Below, in pieces: positions 25,844 through 35,400 of a stretch of 64,000 nucleotides of DNA. Made by a program: the position numbers and the translations under genes. The stretch spans positions 1,883,492 to 1,947,491 of the forward strand of contig CM074822.1 in the NCBI GenBank assembly GCA_037447605.1, read 5' to 3'. Within the stretch, counting starts at the first letter, position 1; each line of letters starts with the position of its first letter. The DNA comes from Zygnema circumcarinatum SAG 698-1b. Taxonomy: Eukaryota; Plantae; Zygnematophyceae. Below the pieces are notes generated by a model. That model was not told where the DNA came from and did not search any database. It was given only the letters and a program-made list of their open reading frames with translations.

Positions 25844-26301
25844 GGCGCCCGCGGGGGAGGGAGGGAGGGAGGGAGGGAGGCAGGGAGGGAGGGGGGGGGG
25901 GGGNNNNNNNNNNGGGGGGGGGGGGAGGGCAGCGGAGGGCGGGCGGGCGGGGAGGGAGAGAGAGAGAAAGGGGGGAAGGGAGGGAGGGAGGGGAGGGCTC
26001 AGCCTCAGCGCCGCGCGCCGACGTGGCGCCCTCCCAGGCCGCCCCCGCATGGGCGGGCACTTTTCGCCCTCCTAGCACGCCACGATACAGCACGATAGGG
26101 TACGATATTTTATGATACACGATACGAAACAACCCATGAAGATATTCAGCGATACGAAATGACACGATGCGGTCGGTGTTCAGTGCGACACAAGACGACG
26201 CGGTGCTTTATGAAGAGTACGATACGATACGGGCCGCCTCATGGCACAACTAAAAGCATACCTCGATACCTTAATACCAAGTAATTTCAGAAGGGATGTG
26301 G

Positions 26302-26520
26302 CATTGATCTCGCGCATGGCGATGATGCCATCACATGGACATGGACAAAATCAGCACGGGGAACCACGAGAAACTGGTCGGCAAAGACCTACGGACAACA
26401 GAAACAAGCTAAGGAGCGCAAAGCTACGCCTAGGCTCAACACCGCCTCAAGCCCTCCCTCCCTCGAAGCCGCCGCGAAGGTCGCCGATCGATCGATGTGC
26501 GGCACATCGCAGTGATTTAT
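26302..26520 (+). repeat. Dispersed repeat family C, copy 2
   Basis: Closely matches the reverse complement of 62005-62197 (gaaccacgagaaactggtcggcaaagacctacggacaacagaaacaagcta...cgatcgatgtgcgg); preceded by CGATA-rich repeats at ~26080-26230. Confidence 0.8.
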
Positions 26521-27062
26521 CGTATTACAAATTCTAAGTATCGCACACCAACCCCTGCCTTCTGTCTTCCCACACTGCCCCCCCCGGCTACCCTTGATGG
26601 CCCTCACGACGAGCCCTCACACGATCAGACGGCTGCAATGGCCGTAGCTGCACTTTTTGTAACAGTGATCGCCAACGTTTTGTACGAGCATATCATGCCT
26701 GATAGTCCCCAATTCTCCCTTACATACATATTCAAGGGACGGCCAAGCATATACTTATATGATCTAAGGAACTTCGTACACGGAAATTTGTAAATGCGAT
26801 GGGCTATATATGTCGCATGTCTCTGGATTTAAGGGAATCCATAGACGGGTCCTTTATGTCCCACAAAAATTATTGACCGTCTGCGCCTGCGCCTTGGTTG
26901 GCTTTAGTCACCGCCTCGTGCAATGGTTAGCCACGAAGCTTCGTAGTCGAGGCAAATACCCTGAAAACCCTGCGGGAGGTTGACGGGGCGTTCTACAGCG
27001 TAGAGCGGCATGGGGCCGTACAAGCGGCATGATGGCAAGGGTTGTGTGGGTGTTGCGGCGTT

Positions 27063-27157
27063 GGGCCTGCAGGGTTTTCGGGACGGGCAGCCCCGGGCCT
27101 GCAGGGTTTTCGGGACGGGCAGCCCCGGGCCTGCAGGGTTTTCGGGACGGGCAGCCC
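27063..27157. repeat. 3 x 32-bp tandem minisatellite
   Basis: Unit gggcctgcagggttttcgggacgggcagcccc starts at 27063, 27095 and 27127. Confidence 0.95.
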
Positions 27158-27379
27158 TCGCCCAGCGCGCGGGGAGAAGGGGAGGGAGGGAGGGAGGGAG
27201 GGAGGGAGGGAGGGAGGGAGGGAGGGACGGAGGGAAGGAGGGAAGGAGGGAAGGAGGGGGCCCGCGAGCTGCAGGGCGCTGCGCTTGAGAGGGGGGATAG
27301 GCCGACTGTGGGGGAGGGAGGGAGGGAGGGAGGGAGGGAGGGACGACGGGAGGGCGGGCAGGTGCAAGCTGTGCTTTAA

Positions 27380-30300
27380 ATGAAGGGGGCGCCTGGCGGG
27401 TCGTGGCGAGACTTCGGGCAGATTGCGGGCGGCAGTGCTCTGCGCTCGGCAGCGTGGGCTCGTCTCGTGGAGGCGCCGCTTACAGGCGCGCCCCTGGGAG
27501 TGTGCAGGGCGGCTGGTATCGCCTCCTCCGTCGATATGTTTCTTAACGCGCTCGCAGCCAAATCCTCTGCCAACTGCGGCGCCTCTCTCGACGGCCCCTT
27601 TGGACAGCGGAAAATTCTTGACGGCGGGAATGCTGCCGCCTCCAGCTATGGAGGAGCCGACTGCTATCGGAGGGCTGCCCTAGACTTCGTCACGGAACTA
27701 GCAGGCCCGCGCGCGGTGCCTCCCTCGACGGAAAAAGTGCACTGCCCGGACTCGTTCGTTTGCGCTGAGGAGCTGCCCGTCCCAATGTTCGCTGTGGACA
27801 GGCGCGCCTCTTCACCCCTCTTCTCTCTATTGTGCCGCTCCAGGCTCATCCTAACGATAGCTTACTGTCTGTCTTTGAGGGTGGTGAAATTGGGGCACGT
27901 TTCCGTCGCTCGCGCGTGCGTTTCTTCATTTGTACAGAGTTGGAAAATGCTTTGTGTGTAAACTGGTTCTCTATTCTTTGGAACGGAACTATGTCGCCGC
28001 AAATAAATGCAACAGCGGCCAAGGGTCTTGCCGTCGAACTGTGGTTACCGTGTCTGAATTGGTCTACATGCTGCTTGAATGTGCCAATGACCTTCCGTGC
28101 TTTCAAGAATTAACTTTCTGCAATGCGGCCTTCTCCAGAGATATGCACTGCACGGTGTGGAATCGGCGGCTATCGGAGCTCAGCGGGTGGACTGAAGGGG
28201 AAGTGATGGTCACTCAAAAATTCGTCGCGTGCACTTTTTCTCCTGACAGCGGCAGCCGCTCGCAGAAGTAAGTGCCCTTCTGTGTTACGCCATGCATGCG
28301 TGCACTCGTTCTCTGCCCGGCAGACCTTGCCGCCCTGCTGTGGCGGCCCACTCACAGTTGCCTGCTTCGAAAACAAAAGTGGCATTCTGTAGGGTTCACA
28401 GTATCACGACTGCCGTTTAACTTAACTTCCGCCAAGATATCAACGAGTCTTGATGGCTTCATTTTGAAGCCGCTCATGGCATACTCCCATGGTGCTCTGA
28501 GGAAACTTCCATTCTCTCAAATCTCCCCAAGACACGTTCGCATGTGAGAGCAATCGAGATGAGTAGCTTCGCGTGACTGGCTGAGTGACTGCTTGATTGC
28601 ATTTGACTGCACGTATGCAGGTCTTGTGAGGACGAGCTGCGTGCCGCCATGTTCGGGCGGGCGGTCGCGGGGGGCGAGTTTGTGCTGCGGACGAAGGGCG
28701 GCCGCGCAGTGCGCGTGCTGCTCTGCGCGAGCCGCCGTACGGACGCACTCGGAGCTGTTAGTGGAGTGCTGTGCGCCGTGCTCAAGCAGAGTGACATCTT
28801 TGGAGGCTCAGAATCGGCCACGGTTTTGCCAAGGGAACAACAGGAGATGTCAGAAGGTGTGTTGACACATCCTAGTTGTATCTTTCGAGTCAGGGAGAAT
28901 AGGCGGACAAAGAGCGCATGAGAGTTTGACCACTTTTGGTTCTGTCTGTGGTTATTTCGTGTACTGTTGTTGAATGAACAACTAGTGAACGGTCGGGACT
29001 GACTACGGCTGCGTCCATGCATTCGTTGCAAGTCGTTGGTGTAGTGCGTAGGCTCTGTTGAGCGAGTATGCAACCATGGACGATGTGTTGCGGCAGCCGG
29101 TGGTTGATTCTCAGTGGCTGGAAGAGGTAGAGCTGGAGTGTTTGTTGGTCTGCTCGTGATGCACATTGAAGGTGCTCTGCCCTGACCACTTGAGGAAACC
29201 ACGTTTGATTTTGAATGCCTTCTTTATGGTCGTTGGATAAGACTGGACGCGTCTACTCGTTGACATACTATTCTCTAGCAATGGCAGAAGCTTCACGCTG
29301 TGGTTCTTCCCTAGTTATACAAAGGAGTTCGAGGGGCTGTTTCGACGGTAATGGCAGGGTGGTGTTCTGAATTGTAGTCAAGTGCAGACGGTTTCACTCT
29401 CTGACTGACTGACTGACTGACTGACTGACTGAGTGGGGCGTGGCGGACTTGGCTAACAGAGGCGAGCAACACTGGCGACGTGGCAGCAGCTGAGTTCCGC
29501 ACTCCCAGCCCCCCTTCGCCGGTCCTGCTGCCGTCGCAGGTCCTGACCGGCTTCTCCCTCGAGGACCCATCGCCATTCGGTCAGTGCCCTCTTCACATGT
29601 CACGTACTGTGCTGTGCTGCTTCGCTCAGGGGAGGACAGGCGGCGCATGGTCCCCTCCCTCTTCTGGGAGAGACACTTGTTGCCCCTGCTGCTTGGTCGC
29701 GGCTTCTTCTTCTTCTTCTTCTTCTTCTTCTTCTTCTTCTTCTTCTTCTTCTTCTTCTTNNNNNNNNNNNNNNNNNNNNNNNNNNNNNNNNNNNNNNNNN
29801 NNNNNNNNNNNNNNNNNNNNNNNNNNNNNNNNNNNNNNNNNNNNNNNNNNNNNNNNNNNGGGCCACAAAGAGGCCACAAAGAGGCCACAAGAGGCCTGAG
29901 GCCACAAAGAGGCCACAAAGGAGCCACAAGAGCCTGGGCCTGAGGCCTGAAGGCCACAAGAGGCCTGAGAGGCCACCAAGAGGCCTGAGGCCGCAAAGAG
30001 GTCACAAGAGGCCACAAGGGCCATAAGGCCATAAGAGGCCACCAAGGCCACAAGGGCCATAAAGGGCCATAAAGGGGCCACAAGAGGCCTGAGGCCTAAA
30101 AAGGCCCATAAGGCCTGAGGCTCTGAAGACCTAGAGGCCTGGGCCACAAAGACCCTGGGAGCCCTGAGGCCACAAGAGGCCCTGAGGGTTGTGTGAGCAA
30201 GTTGACTGTGAAACCAACGCCTCGTGCCTGCGTGTCACCGTGCCTGCGTGCCTGCGTGGCTGGTGGCTGGTGGCTCGTGCCTCGTCGTTGGTGCCTTGTG

Positions 30301-32014
30301 GTTGGTGGCTCATGCCTCGTGCTTCGTGGATATGGCTCGTGCCTCGTGCCTCATGCCTTGTGCCTCGTGCCTCGTGCCTCGTGGCTCGTGGCTATGGCTC
30401 ATGGCTCATGGCTCGTGGCTCGTGGCTCGTGCCTTGTGCCTCGTGTCTTGTGCCTCGTGCCTCGTGGCTGGTGGCTGGTGGCTGGTGGCTCATGCCTCGT
30501 GTCTCGTGGCTATGGCTCGTGCCTATGGCTCTTGGCTCGTGCCTCGTGTCTCGTGCCTCGTGCCTCGTGGCTGGTGGCTGGTGGCTGGTGGCTCGTGCCT
30601 CGTCGTTGGTGCCTTGTGGTTGGTGGCTCGTGCCTCGTGCCTCGTGGATATGGCTCGTGCTTATGTCTCGTGGCTCGTGCCTCGTGCCTCGTGCCTCGTT
30701 CCTCGTGCCTCGTGCCTCGTGCCTTGTGCTGTGCCTGCACCGTGCCTGCGTGGCTCGTGGCTATAGCTCATGGCTCATAGCTCATGGCTGCGTGGCTTCC
30801 GTGGCCCCGCCAGCTGCGTGGCTTTCGTGCCTGCGTGCCTCATGCCTGTGGCTCGTGAAAACAGTGGCTGCGTGGCTGCGTGGCTCGTGGCTCGTGGCTC
30901 GTGGCTCGTGGCTCGTGGCTCGTGGCTCGTGGCTCGTGGCTCGTGGCTCGTGCCTCGTGGCTCATGGCTCATGGCTCGTGGCTCGTGGCTCGTGCCTCGT
31001 GCCTCGTGCCTCGTGCCTCGTTCCTCATGCCTCGTGCCTCGTGCCTTGTGCCTCGTGCCTCGTGCCTCGTGGCTCGTGGCTATGGCTCATGGCTCATGGC
31101 TGCGTGGCCTGCGTGGCTGCGTGGCCTGGCTGCGTGGCTCGTGCCTGCGTGCCTCATTAATAAATGGCGCTCGTGGCGTGGCTGCGTGGCTGCGTGGCCT
31201 GTGCGTGGCTCGTGGCTCGTGGCTCGTGGCTCATGGCTCATGGCTCATGGCTCGTTATTAATGACGAAGTAGACGTGTATTTAGCAATTCTGTTGTGGGT
31301 GTCACAACTAAAAACGGTCCAAAACTGCATTGGAAGATCGGGACTGAAAAGTAAAACTAGTTTTGAGCTGGGCACATATAGTAGCGTGTTTCAGGAAAAT
31401 GTCGGTCGAAAAAAAATAAAAGACAAGATAGTTAGAAATAACGAAGTAGACATGTATTTAGTAATCCTTTTGTGGTTGTCTCAACTATAAACGGCCCAAA
31501 CCTGCATTGGATGATCGGGACTGAAAAATAAAACTAGTTTTAAATAGGGCACATAACGTAGCGTATTTCAGGAAAATATCGCTCGAAAAAGAAAATGACA
31601 AAAACGGAATAAATGACAAAGTAAGCGTGTATTTAGCAGTCCTGTTAGTCTTGTTGTCCTGGTTGCGCAGGAGTAATTCCCTCACAACTGGTGTGTGAGG
31701 TGGTTCAACCGGTCGACAGTCGATACCGTTGAGTGTGCTCGATTTCACAGGCTGTATCGAATAGGCCGCTTGTTGGACAAGGCTTCGCCCGCACATCACC
31801 GCCAGCAGATCACTCACTCCATACATTATTATGTGCATCGCAGCCCCTCGACATTAACCCGCGTATGTATGCTGATGGCCTCCAGCTCGCCGCGGTTTCT
31901 AGTGTTCAGACCAGTGCAGTTTACCGCTATAATCAGGGAGCATGCAATGCAGAGGCCACAGCCGGTGAACACTCTCCATGCACACAAGCGACAAAAGCAC
32001 CAGCCACAAACTGA
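27380..32014 (+). CDS. Spliced stand-alone PAS-domain protein (phytochrome/PAS-repeat-type fold); 3' exons tentative
   Basis: Exons 27380-27801 (GC donor), 28139-28267 and 28621-28856 join in phase to give EELPVPMFAVDR|DMHCTVWNRRLSELSGWTEGEVMVTQKFVACTFSPDSGSRSQK|SCEDELRAAMFGRAVAGGEFVLRTKGGRAVRVLLCASRRTDALGAVSGVLCAV, a complete PAS+PAC pattern. Further phase-compatible exons 29460-29579, 31671-31690 and 31751-32014 give 1191 nt (396 aa). Alternatively exon 3 reads to the stop at 28921 (283 aa). A (GGGA)n tract precedes the ATG as in other genes here. Confidence 0.68.
29703..30185. repeat. (TTC)n microsatellite, 100-N gap, then GGCCACAA(A)GA/GGCCTGA degenerate tandem repeat
   Basis: Direct reading; (TTC)n at 29703-29759, gap 29760-29859. 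Confidence 0.93.
30220..31255. repeat. ~1-kb degenerate heptamer array (GTGGCTC/GTGCCTC)n
   Basis: Direct reading; contains internally duplicated blocks (for example ~30270-30345 recurring at ~30580-30660). Confidence 0.95.
31260..31650. repeat. Diverged AT-rich tandem repeat, ~176-bp period, ~2.2 copies
   Basis: Units start at 31260 (aatgacgaagtagacgtgtatttagc), 31437 (aataacgaagtagacatgtatttagt) and 31612 (aatgacaaagtaagcgtgtatttagc); units 1 and 2 share ctgcattgga.gatcgggactgaaaa.taaaactagtttt. Confidence 0.88.
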
Positions 32015-32418
32015 TACTAAAAAGAAGCACTGTTCTGACCAGTACGAAAAGGCGCAAGCCATAAAAGATGCTTAGAAGATAACGAAACACACGTTTATCC
32101 TTGCTTCATATCATCATCCTACCGCCGTACGAAGTTAAAAAGCAAGCTCTGTCGAAGCCGACGGTCGAAGGCCACAACATGCAGGCACGACACAGGCCGA
32201 CTGTCCTTACCAATTCCTGTTTGAAGTTCACAGTATGCGCTGTGGCGAGTTGTGAATGACGGGGTGGTTCTAGTCCATGTCACAGATAGCAGTGCCCGTA
32301 TGCCACACGCTATACCTACAGGGGGACATATAGATTCAATCTTGTGCTCACACTCCCAAGGCTACATCTCAAACGCAGTTCAGTCCCCCACACGACCCTT
32401 CGCTGGGAGATTCCCCGT

Positions 32419-35400
32419 CTATGAGATGCCGGCAGGTGCCTCGATGGCTGTTGATGTGTTCGTCCCTGTTTTGCCGTTCAAAACAGTCACATTTCCCTCT
32501 GAATCGACATCGATGATGGCTGAATCGCCCTCCTTGATCTCCCCCGAGAGCATGCGCTCAGCCATGCTGCAGCCGGCCGTGCCCACAGAACAGTCAGTAA
32601 TCGCGGCCAACAGAGCATGTACCATCATCCCGGAGCAGCAGCCGCACAACATTACACCATAAAAACAAAGTCCAAAACCAGACGTGCCCGAATCATAGCT
32701 GAAAAACTGCAACACCCTCGTTCAAACTTAATCTCTACAAAATTGCTCTCTTGTGGGTGAGGGCTTTCGGAGGACAGCCAGCCACCTGTCCTCGAGGAGT
32801 CGCATGATGGCCCGTCGGAGGGGCCGCGCTCCATAGCTCGGACTGTAGCCCTCATCCACCACGCGCTCCCTGAAGCGCTCCGTCACCTGCAGAACGATAG
32901 CCGAGGACACCTCCGAACATCAGCCGGAGACTAAAGTGACCCAGTGGCTTGTGGATCAGCCTTTCAAAATACGTTATGCTCAGAGTTTGATAAGCAATGA
33001 CGGCATCCCAAAACGGCTGAGTCTAGTTTGAATGGAGGCAGGACTCACCTGCAAATCAATATCTTTCTTCGCCAACCTCTCAAAGATTTCCTTCAACATG
33101 ATATCCGCAATCTCCTTCACTTCTGACTTTGTCAACTGCCTGAACACGATGATCTCATCTAGCCTGTTCAAGAACTCGGGTCTGAAGTACTGCTTCAACT
33201 CCTCATTCACCAACGTCTTGATACGGTTGTAGCTGCTGTCCTTCTCGCCATAATCAAGCTGCAAAATGGACCACGAATCCCATCACGCAGAGCAAGGTCT
33301 ACAATGCAACCATTGAGCAGGCCTTCACCATTCACAATATTCATTATGTCTCTCAAGCACATCCATCCCTGCGCCCCTACACGCACTCAGGACTTGAGGG
33401 GACACTTCAGCAATACATATGCTTCCACTCACCTGGAATCCGATGCCACCTCCGCCCTTTTCAATGACCGATGAGCCGACGTTGGAAGTCATGATGAGGA
33501 GAGTGTTCTTAAAGTCGACAGTGCGCCCTTTGCTGTCAGTCAATCGCCCATCTTCCAAGATCTGTTGCCACCAGCATGTCCATCGGGACCACCATCAATG
33601 GTCATGGCCTGATACCCGCATACTGTTATTGGAATTGCATTGCCGATTCCAGAGTCGTCAAAGTCTAAAGTGGTTGAAATAACCAACTATAACTGGAGCC
33701 ACGCTGAATGGGAAACCCTATAGAACTTCCAAACATATAAAATGATTCCCAAAAAAAAACAAGCTGAAAACTCTCATACAAGTCTCTCACTGGCCGCTTT
33801 TCCGTAACAAAGTGCACACACAGAAAGGTAAGGACCATGGCCACCCCTCTTTTTTCCTGATCGAGGTAAGAAACTTTCCCAAGGATTGAATTAAAGACAC
33901 AGAAATACTGGACTGCAATAAAAACAACACTCCACTACAAAAACCCACTTGCAAGAGCGCCATAGCCCTGCTTTTCAGTATGTTATGAGAACACAGAGCT
34001 AACATCTGCTTATCAGAACTAAACCGCTGAACTCCTTTACCCGAGAATAGCAGGACTAGCCAGCCACACGTGAAGTCTCACCTGAAGCATCATGTTGAAA
34101 ACATCGGGATGCGCCTTCTCAATCTCGTCAAACAAAACAACGGTGTAGGGCCTCCTGCGGACCGCCTCCGTCAGCTGCCCGCCCTCGCTGTAGCCGACAT
34201 AGCCTGGAGGTGAACCAATCAGCTTCGACACTGTGTGTCGTTCCATGAACTCGCTCATATCCAATCGCACCATAGCCTGCTCGAAAAAAGAGTCACCTTT
34301 GAGCATAAATACAAAGCAATCCACTGTGCTTAATTAAGCAGTATAGATGCAGGGTTGATGGCATCGTTTAGGTTTAGAAGATGGATAAGAGTAATGATAC
34401 AACCAAAACAGATACAATGCATGAACAGCCCACGCTTACCTCCTCTGAACCAAAGTAGTATGATGCCAAAGCTTTGGCCAACTCTGACTTGCCCACGCCC
34501 GTGGGTCCGGAGAAAATAAAGCTTGCAATTGGTCTGTTCGGGTTCTTCAGTCCAACTCGAGCACGTCGAATGGCACGGCTGCGAGTAAAGACAAACAAAT
34601 AATACCCACCAAGCTCTCTAGATCAGAGCTGACCAACAAAAGAAGCATTCAAGGGCCACTTCACCACTTGGCTAAAACAAGGTGTTGAGCCCTCCACCCT
34701 AGTATTTCGGAGTGGACGACCATGCCGTTGCAGATTGAATAGCCGTTGGCATAGGATTCAATTGTACCTGATAGCCTTGACTGCCTCGTCCTGTCCAATG
34801 ACGCGCTGGTGAAGGGTCTCCTCCATCTTAAGCAGGCGGTCGCTCTCATCCGTGGACACCTTCTCCACGGGAATGCCGGTCCACGCGGACACGATCTGCT
34901 GAATGTCCGCCTCCGTCACCATGGGGCCCTCCTCGCGAGCCTCGTTCTCCGCCTTGGACTTCTCCTTGCCCTTCTCCGTCACCGACGCGATCTGAGCCTT
35001 CAGCTCCATCTCACGGTCGCGGAGCTCTCCAGCCTGCAACGATTCATTCCAAAAGCGTATCAAAGTCCTGCAATTCTTTGTTCCATTTGAGTGGGGAAGG
35101 CTGCCTTTTCATGCACCGTCGTTTATGGCAGAATGCTCAAAATATGCAACAAAAGTACAACACCAAGTAGTCCGCGGATGACGAGCTCATTTAGCTCACA
35201 GAAACTGTCACACTGAAGCTGTGACATTGAAGGAAAGTCGGGCTAAAAAATCCCATCCGCGATTATCAAGTGCGAAGTAGCAAAATGCGAAGAAGTCCCT
35301 CACACACACCTTCTCAAAGTCCTGACTGCGAACTGCTTCGTTCTTTTCCTTAGTGATAGCACGCAGCTGCTTATCGAGCTCCCGAGCCTCCTCCGGCACC

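Noticed and set aside
29394-31272. Poly-K/R/E/F/S ORFs and Cys/Trp/Leu-rich ORFs (ASCLV, ARGSWLV)
   Set aside because: Translations of (TTC)n, the N gap and heptamer arrays; no domain signal.
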